Origin: Dimorphilus gyrociliatus
Taxonomy: Eukaryota > Animalia > Annelida
Assembly: GCA_904063045.1 (NCBI GenBank)
Contig: CAJFCJ010000001.1
Coordinates: forward strand, 3,410,001-3,474,000
Direction: 5' to 3'
DNA length: 64,000 nucleotides
Shown here: piece by piece, positions 1-11,602 of the stretch
Position numbering within the stretch: the first letter of the stretch is position 1
How the letters are laid out: every line of letters begins with the position of its first letter
Made by a program: the position numbers and the translations under genes
The notes under the pieces: model-generated
Seen by the model: the letters and a program-made list of their open reading frames with translations, nothing else
Database searches by the model: none
Told to the model about the DNA's origin: nothing

Positions 1-3000
1 ACATCTTGGTCCTATGGTGAAGAATGCCTCAGTATTAGTCCGGAAGGTTTTAGGTCTGTCAATTGTGAACATCTTTATTATACTATCATTTTATGCGAAG
101 CAAGATCTTGTACGTTATTAACAGCTGATATTTGCTATCAACCTCATTTAACATTTATCTTTCAAAGACAGCGATAATATTATAGAGACTGTACAAAGCA
201 ATTATTCAACAAACCCCTATAGATCTTTTGATAGAATGAATAAAAATGGCGATACTTGTCCTTTTCGTACTTTTACTTGCCTTCCAGAAGAAATTTGTAT
301 TAGCGAACTAGAAGTATGCGACGGTATTAAGGATTGTTTAAATGGTTATGACGAATTAAACTGTCCTACTAATTCGGTTATGTTTACCTGCGATTCTGGA
401 GAAGCTATTCAATTAAATCTAGTTTGTAATTACTTACAAGAATGTTCGGATGGAAGTGATGAGTCTCGATGCGGTACGAATATAATGTATTGTATGAATT
501 TATAACTACCGTTCTCTCTCTTTTTTCGTATTAATTCTAAACTGAACAGAGAGGCAATGCGATAACAGAACTCAGTTAAGATAAACAAACTTTCAGTCCC
601 TTATAGCCTATCTCATACCTACTAATATTTAGATTTCAATGTATAACAAGTGGACGATGTATTGATAAGAATAAATACTGCAATAGAGAAAAAACTGCAT
701 TGATTCATCTGATGAAAATTGTCGAGGTAGATAATATTTTTTAGATCATTCTTTTATCTTTTCTCACTCTATCATTTGAAGCTGATTGCGAAACATTCTT
801 CTGCCAAAATCGTTGTCTAAGGGAAGAAGATTTGTGCGATTTCAACTTGCATTGTACCGAATCGGCTGCCGATGAACAACCCGAATACTGTATTGGTGAT
901 ATTCATTTTAATACTCGAAGAATAGTGTATTTCATTTTAATTTCTTCCTCTTCTTCTTCTTCTTCTTCTTTTGCACTTAACCATATTTACATAATTAATA
1001 CTTCCTAGACTTGCTGATTTTTCAAAAGAATGTAGGAGCAAGATAGTTTTAAAACTATTGTCTAAATCTTCAAGAAATACAACTAAATGTAGAATAGTTT
1101 ATGATTCAATGAACAATTTACAAACTAGACCTCAGTTTCCGTTCTTCGATTTGAACTCTTGTGAAAATTGGCGATGTAATCCTGAAGAATATCAGTGTTA
1201 CTCGACTAAATACTGTATACATATCAAGAATATTTGCGATGGTATAAACCATTGTAAATACGGCGATGATGAAATCAATTGCGGTTTATTATTTCCTTTT
1301 TGTTTCTTATTTATTAAATGGAAATAATGTTTTGTTTGTTTCTTTAAAAAGAAAAATTTTATCCAATCGGACATTTCAAGTGTAAATACGAAAGAACGTA
1401 TATATACTTAAGAGAAATTTGTGATGGATATATAAATTGTCAATCCGGAAATGACGAAATGTTTTGCTTCAATTTTTCAAGTAAATTTTGTCCATTTTAT
1501 TGTAAATGTTCAATCAATACGGATATCTATTGTAATCTAACCGAATTGTTGAATATTCATACAATTTATTTGGATAAACCATTGAAAAGATTATCTATAA
1601 GAAATCTTAATGATTATCATAATATTTCGCTTACTTATTCAGCGGAATTAACGTATTTAAACCTAAGCTTTGGTCTTATTACTTCTCTTCCTCATATTTC
1701 TACTCCAAACGTTATTTGCGCTGATTTTAGCAATAATAGGTTGTCTTTTATCGAAAGAGAAACAATGCACTATTGGCCTATTCTACAATATTTGGATCTT
1801 AGTAGAAATCCTATAGGTTCCTTATCAAACCGTAGTTTTGAAAGACAAAATGAATTATTATACTTGGATTTATCAACAACAAATTTAACTTATTTAAATA
1901 GTTTTACATTTAAAGGTTTAACTAAATTGAATAAATTATTATTCGTCGATTGCCATTTTGAATTTATTCATGAAAATATCTTTATGGAAACGAACAAAAT
2001 GAAAGTTCTCTTTATGAATAAAACTGCTCTACCGGATGCTATATCGTTATATTCTATTCAACCACTCGTTTCTCTTGAATATCTTAATTCGCAAATGTAC
2101 GAATTGTGTTGCGTAGCTAGAAAATGGAGTTTATCTTTGAAAGAATGCCATCCGACGAAATCTCTATTTAAAACTTGTACAGATCTTATTGGTATCAATT
2201 CTTTGGGTATTATTATATGGATCATTGGCTTTATTGGAGTTGTTGCGAATACCTTTGTCTTTTACGTTCAAGTCACCGGGAAGCGGACAAGGAAGACATC
2301 GTTCTATCCCAGTTTAGGTTTATGCCTTTCGGATTTCTTCTTGGACGTCTATCTCATTATTCTGGCGATAGTTAATCAGACTTTTAAAGGACATTATATT
2401 GAGAACGATTATTCTTGGAGGCATAGTTATTTATGCAGTTTTTGCGGTGTTTTAGCGAGTTTTTCAATTCTTTGGTCAAATATTTGTCTACTCTTAATAA
2501 CTTTGGAAAGATATTTAGTGATTTGTAATCCTTTTTCACATAAAAATAATCTTCAGAAGATATTAATCTATTTATTTACGTCAACGTTGATAATAGCTTT
2601 CCTTCTATCGTTCTTACCAATTTATTTTTACAAGGTAAACATACAGTATTACTTGAATAGAATAGAATTGTTTGTTTGTTTGATTGATTGTTTGTTTATT
2701 CATTCTATATCTTTTTCAATAGAACTTTTACTCAAGATCGCCGGTTTGTTTCTCTCTGCATTTAACCAATGAAAGGGTCGATGGATGGTGGTATTCGTTA
2801 TTCTTCTTTAGTATTTCAGTCTTAATACTTAGCATTTCAATAAGTTTTATGTATATTAAAATGATTAAAGTCGTTTTTAAATCAAAGTCATTATTGGATA
2901 AAAGGAACTTTAACAAACGAATTCATAAGATATTAACAAGAGGTTTTATAATCATCTCTAGTAATCTCATATGTTGGGTGCCAATATCTCTTCTCGGTTA

Positions 3001-3847
3001 CGTAATAAATACTTTTAAATAGAGATTCTTATCTCTTAACTACATCAATCAGTCAGCCTAATTAAGCGTTCTCGTTATCTTTTCTTTAAATTTTTAGGTA
3101 TTATCACTTCAATAGTATTCATTAATATTGATAACTCAATTTATTCTTGGGTGGTTATTATTGTCATACCAATGAATTCAATAATTAATCCATTTATATT
3201 CTCTTTCTTTGAGTACTTTTCAAAGAAGAAATTAGCTAAACTAATATCAGATCAATTATTGTTAGTTTTCAAGATTTTATTCTTATACTTTTCTTTTTCT
3301 TTTACTATTCTACTCTCTCTCTCTCTCCAATAGAAAAACTACTATATTCAATCTTTTACCCTCTCTAGAGAGAAAAAGATAAAGGACGAGCTATTCAGGG
3401 AAAAGAAGAATTGTATTTATTTCTCTCTCTCTCTCTCTCTGTCTCCCTTTTTCGTTACTAATTTAATGATATATCTCTTTCATTTCAGTTCTAGAATTCA
3501 TTAAAATGTCAATGAAATGTTATATTTTCATCAGAAATGATTATGGAAATAGAAAGAAAAGAAATGTTAAAGAATTTTTAAATTCTCTCGAATTGAACTC
3601 TACTAATAAGCTAAAAGTTTCAATTAAATTAGCAAGAATTATTCAAGTTTTTCATAAAGAAAAAATCAGTTTTCTATCGAAACTAATAGATTCCTTATTC
3701 TATTTTGAGATGAATGAAAAAGAAATTGAATGCTATGTATCTTTAGATCAACTTGTCTTCACTGAAGATCTTTTAAATTTTATGGAAGATGTCAAAATGT
3801 TGGGTTTAATCATCCGATATATATTATTATGCAATAGCGCTATTTAA
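1..3847 (+). CDS. GRL101-like LDLa/LRR G-protein-coupled receptor (5' end outside window), with a C-type-lectin-like remnant at the window start and a kinase-like C-tail
   Basis: Exons rebuilt with GT-AG and consistent phase: <1-109, 168-473, 550-574, 633-726, 782-926, 1009-1283, 1352-2634, 2723-2996, 3098-3264, 3334-3412, 3489-3847. At least 6 LDLa repeats (C-x-D-G-x-x-D/N-C...D-E-x-x-C), then LRRs (LQYLDLSRNPI, LLYLDLSTTNL). 7TM motifs: TM3 LITLERY, TM6 SNLICWVP, TM7 PMNSIINPFIF. The donor at 3265 is weak (gttttc). Confidence 0.9.
550..574 (+). other. 25-nt microexon supplying the start of an LDLa repeat (ERQCDNRTQ)
   Basis: Flanked by aacag and gttaag. It converts the phase-1 donor at 474 to the phase-2 acceptor at 632 and restores the first Cys of the repeat C-DNRTQFQC. 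Confidence 0.8.
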
Positions 3848-4479
3848 TTGATATTTTTCATAAATAAACTTAATAGACAATTCTAAAGAAGAAAACGTAT
3901 TTATCCCTTTAAGTAAAAAAAATTAGGTTATTGACTGTGGGAGAATAATAAGAGAGAGAAAGAGAGAAAGAGAGAGAGAGAGAGAGAGGAAAGAACTTTA
4001 TTGGTCATAGTTTTATGTCTAATTATATGTAAAATTCTTTTCCCATTTAGAGGATTACTTTGACAGATGTGAGCAATAGGCTTACTAATAGAAGTATATT
4101 TTTAAATTTTGTGTTTTTTCCTATAAATGGAGTGTTTGGCTGTTTATTATCTTGTTTTTTCTGTTTTCTTTTCAATTTTACATATATATTTACATAAGAT
4201 ACACCAACAACTAGGCTCACACAAACTTTAGTCACGATCTCTTATTTCTACAATAGTAACTAATATAGTGTCTCTACTTAATTACCCTAATGAATATTCA
4301 ATCCCTTAATAATCTTGTTCTTTTCTTTCATTTTCTTATATAGCTGTATGAATAATAAAGAGAAGAATGCTAACTAAAAGCCTTATAGTTGAAAATGATG
4401 ATGTATTATTATGTAAATAGTGTGAGCCATCTTACTATATTTTATTTGATACACTGAATATGTATAGAGAAAGAGAGAA

Positions 4480-4510
<31 letters not shown>

Positions 4511-5715
4511 CAGTTAACGCATAGATTTCCTAACGGGAATTAAAGGTTTTTGTCTTTTGAAAAAAATTGAAACATTTCTTTTGTTTCGTTTATATATAGT
4601 TACATAATATGATACTTTTTATTGCTTATTGTTTCTATTACTGCTGTTATTACTGTTTGTCTATTTGTACGTCTATCGTGTCTGTACAGTGTTTTTCGTT
4701 TCTATTTTCAAGTATCAGTTGATAGTTGTAAGAGGATCTTTGGCTAATATCATTTTTATATGCTATTTCCAACAGGGAAGTTTTATTTCTTTTTAGAGTA
4801 TATTCTATAAAACACATCTTTCCACTTTCTTCTATTTTCCTCTCTCTCTCTCTTCTCTTCCCTAATATTTTCATCATTTTATTATCATTGAATTTTGATA
4901 TCTTTTTTTTCTTCAAGTAAACTTTTCACCCTCCTCATTTCTTTCTCTTTATTACAAGCTAAATGTATTTTATCACTTATTTCTTTTAGCGCCATCTATA
5001 GGAGGATAGAAACATTATTCAATTTATTAACTCCCATTCTTTTCAGGAATTGGAATGTTTTATTTGAACTTATAAAAATGACGAATTCTTATAGGCTTAC
5101 TTATATCATATTTAAAGTTAACCTTTTGTATTTATTGGTTATTTCTGTTCTATATATCTCATTCCCTAAAACTATAATAGTAGAGACGACGTTTGTTTGC
5201 TTCTTCATTCCTTTCTTCCCTCCCTTCTCTTGCATATATACTCATTCATTCATTCATTCATTCATTTGTTCATTCTCTGTTCATAAATTAGGATGTTTTT
5301 TTACCATACGTTCTATTAAAAGCAGTTATGTGTCTAAAATCTTTTACCGCTTTTCCATCGTTACATTTATTTTATTAAAAGGTTAGTTCAAGGTCTTTTA
5401 GCTTATTGATTTTTTCAAGTTATTTTCAATACCCTTCTCTCTTTTTTTCCCTTTTCCTTCTTAAGTCTTTTTATAACTGTTTTCCCTGCCTCTCTCTTTC
5501 TTTTTCTCTCTTTTCTCTTCTGTCTCTCTCTCTTTCGCTCGCTCCCTCCCGCTCACTTAAACAAATTCAAACATGTGAAAAACAAAAGCATTGAATTTCA
5601 TTTTTAAAGTATTAAATAACGTAATTGAATACTGCATTTTATAGGCATGATGACGACGGTGATGATTAGGAGTGAGAAATAGTTGTGTCGGTATATTATA
5701 ATTACTAATGGAGTC

Positions 5716-5750
<35 letters not shown>

Positions 5751-6401
5751 TGTTAAATTATTTTTAGACGGTCTTTTTTCTTCTACTATTAAAGGATTAA
5801 ATGCTGAGGATGCATAGGAAGACGTAATATCTCCTATTTATCGAAAATCAATGGAGAAGATGAAAAAAAAAAAGAAAAACTTTAATCTTAAGCAGAATAT
5901 AGACTGCAAAGAAATAGTTATTTCACTTGTTAAATTCTATAGCGTATTATGTAATTTGTACAGTTTACCTTAACATTTTACTACAACTTTTACTCTATGA
6001 TGGAAAATAGGCTACACAAAGGGAAAAGAAAGGAAATCGCTGCCTTCTCTTTATTCTTAACATTCTTAAATAGAATAGAAAGAGCGTATACAACAAGATT
6101 CTATCGTCTTACTTGTATATACTATTTATTTATCTTGATTTACAAAGGTAACACAATATCCAATACAATAATTAAACTTAACCTTTCAACGTTGGCTATT
6201 ATTTTTTTCTATAACAAAACTTACTTTCTCAATTTATATTCATTCCTATTATTACGATCAATTCCCTTCTCTTCCCATCTCTTTTCTTCTCTTCGCTTCA
6301 CTTCTCTTCTTAATGCAATTTACCGTTTTTTAAAGGGTTCAAATGTTATTAAATATTTAATGAAGATCCGAGTAATATACTGTATACTGTATATATGAAT
6401 T

Positions 6402-6406
<5 letters not shown>

Positions 6407-6449
<43 letters not shown>

Positions 6450-6481
6450 ATGTATATATATTAGTATATATATATATATAT
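6407..6481. repeat. (TA)n microsatellite
   Basis: Direct reading. Confidence 0.95.
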
Positions 6482-8358
6482 TATTTAACTAAATAAATAA
6501 ATAATCAATCTATCTATATATTTACATTGCCTAAAGAAGAAAAATAAGAATTTTTTTCCACCTAAATTATTCATTACGTGAAAACATTCTCTGTTAATTT
6601 TGCTTAAAAAATCTTCTCAAATTTAGTCTCTTATAAACTTTTAACAAAATCTCTCGTTTGTTTATAGCCAAAATCCAGTTTGGCATGAAAAAGACTAATC
6701 GTTTCCTTTTTTTTTAAGGTTAGTCACTCTCTCTCTCTCTCGTTTTCACTACTCTTCTCTTTCTATCTAACCCTATATATTTTAAGAGGCTACTTATACT
6801 ATTTGCTTAAATTCACTAATTGTCCTTTCAATTATGTCCAGAAGCAGGAAAAATTTTGCAGAGAAAGACGTTCCACTTTTATCTTGTCCACAGCAAAGAG
6901 AAATTAAACATATGCAGCAATAACATCTGATCTGCAAATAGCTATTTTCTCTTTCTCTATTTTCACCTTTTAGCACTGCAATATCAATCTCTTTTTTAAT
7001 AGAGATATTTATTAACATTTTGTTTTTTTAAAAAAAAAAGACAATTGAATCTAATAAGATCTCCTTTCAAATCTTTTTATCATGTCATTCATCAATAATA
7101 TAGTTGTATTGAAAAGGGAGGGAGAAAAAGAAAGAGGAGGAGAGAGAAGGATAGCGGTAGAGAGAGTGTATGTATGTGTGAATGTGTGCATGTATGTATG
7201 TGTGGGCGTGTGTGCGAGAAAACCTTGCACTGCAAAATTATGATTAAAAAAATATGTGCGAATAGAAAGAAATTAAAAAGAAATCTTCTAGTGCATACGG
7301 TATTCTTTGTAGCTGGAAATCTTAGTAATATAGTGTAAAATATATATATATCATGCTTTTTATCATCCCTACTTAGAGATCCCTTTTTATAGTCTAAGAA
7401 AAATCTTTGGAAGCTTCCACCTCTCCAGTAATCAAGCTTAAACTATTAAACATTAGCGAAAAAGATGAGAGATTATTAAATTCAAAAGGTTAATTTAAAA
7501 GTATTGATAAGGTTAAGGATAGAGAGTAATGGTGCTTAATTATTTCAAAAATTTCCTATTCTTAAACTCTTAACTTACAAACGATTTTTCCAAACCTGGT
7601 AAATAGAGAGAGAGAGAGAGAGAGAGGGAGGGAGGGGGAAAGAGGGCAGAAAAAAAAAAGAAACGACCTGCGGGATTATTTTTTCATCCAATGCCTGGGA
7701 AAGAAAGTAAAAAATGCCCTTTATTAAAGTCTCTTTTGTCTTCATTAAATCTTTAACTATAATATTTCTGCTTTAAGACGTACTGTTTTTCAGTTAGAAT
7801 CGGCGTCTTTTCTGGTTTATTCTTCAGCAAGATTTAATTCATGGAAGAATAGCCTAGTAATCAAGCATCATTGGCAAATCGTAAAAGCCAAGTGCATAAA
7901 GCGCGTAATTTCTGTTTAGGAGTCGAAAAATCATTTCAATTGATATCTAAATAGAGTAAATTATCTTATAAAGTACTCGGCCGGACATTCCTCCCCTATC
8001 TTTCATTTAGATAACGGCAAAGGAGAGAAAAAAACAGTCTCGTCAAGAACAAGCGAGTATTCTGATTGTATTGGATAAGCGTCTATTTAGTCGTCTTTTC
8101 TGAAGCTAGTCCTATTCAAACTCGTTGGTTCACTTCTCCTGAATTTGGGAGTTGAGTAAATATCTCAAGAGACCGAGAATTTTCTATTAGTTCACTAAAT
8201 GAAAAAGAAGCCACCTCTTATCTATTTTCCCCTGTTCTCTTTCTTTTACCCCTGTCACATTTTTTCTGGTGGACTCTGACCATTTCCACTTTCCATCGTC
8301 AGTTCTCCACTCGCCCTTTCTATCTTCCATTCTTTCCCGTTTCAAAGAAAAATCAGTA

Positions 8359-8366
8359 TGACGTCA
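8359..8366. promoter_or_regulatory. Perfect CRE palindrome TGACGTCA
   Basis: Exact match in intergenic DNA. An 8-mer can occur by chance, so function is unproven. Confidence 0.3.
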
Positions 8367-10853
8367 ATGACATAATACTTTCAAATGTGTCTCCTGCTAA
8401 TTCTTACGAATATTTTCTTTTATTAAACGATATCTATAAAAGAGCATACGAACAAGTTTACTAAAAGTAGACTATAACCTTTCTCTTGTTCCCCTTTTTT
8501 TTAGTTTAATTATTCTTTTCTTTTGTCTCTCTCTCTCTCTTTCTCTGATAGTCTTTTCTCTCTTGCTTTCTTCTCTCTCTCTTTATACAGTATATATACA
8601 TTTAAAGCATTTAATCCTAAACGAGAGAAACCTAGTAACACATAATATTGTTTGCCATGCATCATTAGCGCTTAAGCTAACGCCGTCGTCGTTTATCAGA
8701 CGATAAAAACTATAAAGGGAATAGACGTCTAAATTTCGACGTCAAATGAAATTTGGAAATTTCAATCGACCAGACGACGTCTCCATATTTTAAGGTTGAC
8801 CCCCTCAGAGCTAGCGTCTAACGCTATAATGTATGTGGTGAGCAAATACCACAAGCATTATATGTAAATATGTGCCTTCCGTATTTTAATTATAATAATT
8901 AGGTTTATCGTTATGCAAACAACTGCTTCTTATTAAATTATTAACTACATTAAAGGTTAATGAAAGAAGAGTATTACATTATATACTCAAGATAATTCTT
9001 GTACGAGCGTCATCTTCCGGCTTTTCCTTGTGAAACATGAATAATAAATAGAATGAATGGAAAAGTACATATAGTAACGAGAAGCATCCGTAATACGATC
9101 ATTTTACTTTTCATAATCCTTTATAACAAATTTCTCTCTGTCTCTGTCTCTGTCTCTCTATCTCTATCTCTTTCTCCGTTTCGCTTTCCTCTTGTTTCTT
9201 TCTATCTGTCGAAGATTCTCTTCAAGTTAAAAACTACTAACAAGAAAGTAGGAAGTGAGATTTCTAAGTAAATACAAAGAGCTCAAATGATCAATTCTAT
9301 ATGTAGGGTTGGTTTGTTACATCTGCTATATGCATACATTGTATACTCTATATAATCATACAATATATTTAATCTAATACTATACATGAACTCATCCGAC
9401 TATCTTTTTCTCTCTCTGTATTTTTCCCTTCTTACTTGCTCTTCTTTCCCATTCAATACCATTTGGATAAGCTTCATTTTAAAGGGCATATACAGTATAT
9501 ACTACTGCTGCTTATGCGGGGGCTGCGTGTGTTGTAGGCTGTTTTGCTTTCTTTGTTAATTCTATCCTTACTTTACTTTTATTATTGAATATATCATTAT
9601 TATAAAAATATTAGGCCTATTTTAAACTATTTATTTGTTATCGGGGCGTCGAAAACATACACTTAAATCAAACAGAGGTCTCTTTTAGTCTAAGCGCTTT
9701 CTGGACTTTACGTGCTTAAAACTAGCTTTCATCTTTAAACATACTCTGCACTTTTGACTGGCTATGAGAAATTCTACCTAAAATTGCAAACCACTAATTT
9801 TGTCGGCGTATTCTCTCTATAAATCCTTGTTTTCTTTATTATTCCCTTATATTGTTTATACTTGTTTATTCTAAAGGAAATATTCCACATTTTTCCATGT
9901 GTGTAAGCAATAAAATTTACAATATTGCAAACATTTGGACTTAATAATACATTAGTAGCAGGTGTAGGTGTTTGTCATTTGAATTAATGATAAGAACGAA
10001 GCACACTGATGCCAAAATTCTCTTGCGAATCCTTCAGCATAATTTCAAAATACAGCTAAAAGAATCTTAAATATGCTTTAAAAAGATAACCATTCTCTAT
10101 TATTTCTATTAAAATACGTTGTTTATTCCCTCATTGGACTCTCTCACGAGTAAAAGGAACTTTAATAAATATTGTCCTCCCTTTTCGCTCAGATCAATTT
10201 TGCTGTCGGGTTGAAACATATTCGACGCTCGGAGGAGAAATCTTTCAAGTATTCTTTAATATTGAAATAGACCTGTAGGAGTGATTTTATAAGTGGGAGC
10301 CCTATCATAGAGAATTGCAAATATTTTAGCTTTATCATTGTTTTACTTAACTATCTTTTCGCTAGTTTCCCTTTCCACCGATAACTTTCACTCCTTTCCA
10401 TCCTCCCCCTGAATGAATGAATGAATGAGTGAATGGCTGGACGAATGGATGGATGATGATTGAAAGAGTGAAGAAATGACGAATAAAAAAAATAAAGAGG
10501 AAGTGTAGTGACAGAAGAAGAGAGAAAATGTTAGAGATGAGGCTTTGTAAATCGGATAGCAGAGATAATTTGAGCCTAACTGATTATCCTATTAGAAGAG
10601 AGTTAGAAAGGGGGAGGAGCGGGTTGAAAAGAAAGAAATTTTTAAGAAAGCTTGAGAGAGGAAAAATAATACACAAAAAAGAGATCTGACACGGACGGAT
10701 TGAAAAGAGAGTGGGAGGTAGAGAGAGGGAGAGAGAGGAGGAGAGGAGGAGAGGGAGATAGAGGGAGAGGTATAGGAAGGGGTGAAAAGTGATAATTTAT
10801 GCTCTCTATTATCTCGGCTTTTCCGGGGCAAAGAACTGGGCGCGTTCGAATGT

Positions 10854-10871
10854 TGGCCACCAGATGACGCT
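10854..10871 (+). promoter_or_regulatory. CTCF-like motif TGGCCACCAGATGACGCT
   Basis: One mismatch to the canonical TGGCCACCAGATGGCGCT. It lies in a GC-richer patch just upstream of a strong donor (cat|gtaagt, 10908). Confidence 0.55.
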
Positions 10872-11060
10872 TACACCTAAAACGTGCTACACATAGAGTC
10901 GCTTCATGTAAGTCATTATCGCGCCAAGAAGACCGCCTGTACATACATCAATCGGAAAAATCCATTCAGATAAAAAAAAGACGCAAGATCGAATCGATCG
11001 AGGAAAAGCTTGGCTTTTTTTGCATCATTTTCGAATATTCCACCGCAGCCAGAAAATGCT

Positions 11061-11498
11061 ATGACCTCATCAATTGAGAGAAGAAATTCTGTTCAACCTA
11101 GAATAGAACAATATCAACCTCATCCTATTCTTCAGGCTGCAAAAGGTGAAATTTCTCAAATTGACCAACTTTTGGGCCCGTCGAGGCCAAAACCAAGCAA
11201 AACAAAGAGTGTGGACTGTACAACGGCAGCTGAGAGGAGAGCTAGATTAAAGCACGCCGAAACTCTTCCATCTTCCTTCAATTTTGTTCCTCAGCCAAGA
11301 AGTGCTCAGTACGAACCCTGTGAACTGTTGCAGACCAAATCATCCGACGGTTTATCGGATTTTGAGAGTTTTCTCCAAGAAAAATCTCTTGAAAAGACTG
11401 ATGATCAAACAACACAGACGGTGGAGGATATTCAGTTAAATATGGAGGTAGTTAAAGATTTAAAGCAAACTAGGAAGCATTTTTGTCACATTTGCTAA
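11061..11498 (+). CDS. Uncharacterised 145-aa Ser/Gln/Pro-rich protein ending in CHIC
   Basis: Stop-free, complex composition unlike neighbouring microsatellite ORFs. A plausible 5'UTR intron precedes it (10908-11048: gtaagt...pyrimidine tract...ccgcag). A possible internal donor at 11448 (gag|gtagtt) means the 3' end is uncertain. Confidence 0.65.
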   Translation: MTSSIERRNSVQPRIEQYQPHPILQAAKGEISQIDQLLGPSRPKPSKTKSVDCTTAAERRARLKHAETLPSSFNFVPQPRSAQYEPCELLQTKSSDGLSDFESFLQEKSLEKTDDQTTQTVEDIQLNMEVVKDLKQTRKHFCHIC

Positions 11499-11588
11499 TG
11501 TTTATATCTATGTGTGTAGTGTGGAAAAGTGTATTAACTATGTGGAAATCAATTGTCGCCTGCCTTTGCAGTTGAAGCATCGATTTTA

Positions 11589-11602
11589 GTTGCTATGGTA
11601 AC
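11589..11602. promoter_or_regulatory. RFX X-box GTTGCTATGGTAAC
   Basis: Matches the X-box consensus GTHNYY-AT-RRNAAC. Confidence 0.55.

Noticed and set aside
7794-7917. 41-codon open frame after a ttttcag acceptor
   Set aside because: No recognisable motif and no compatible partner exons found.
8835-8854. Hairpin TGTGGTGAGCAAATACCACA containing a miR-87-like seed
   Set aside because: The stem is only 6 bp and the rest does not match miR-87.
4047-10831. Numerous 60-160 aa ORFs in the ORF track (e.g. 4895-5386, 5997-6398)
   Set aside because: They are Leu/Ser/Phe/Ile-rich products of AT-rich and (CT)n/(AG)n sequence, often with TTG/GTG starts, and have no motifs or splice support.
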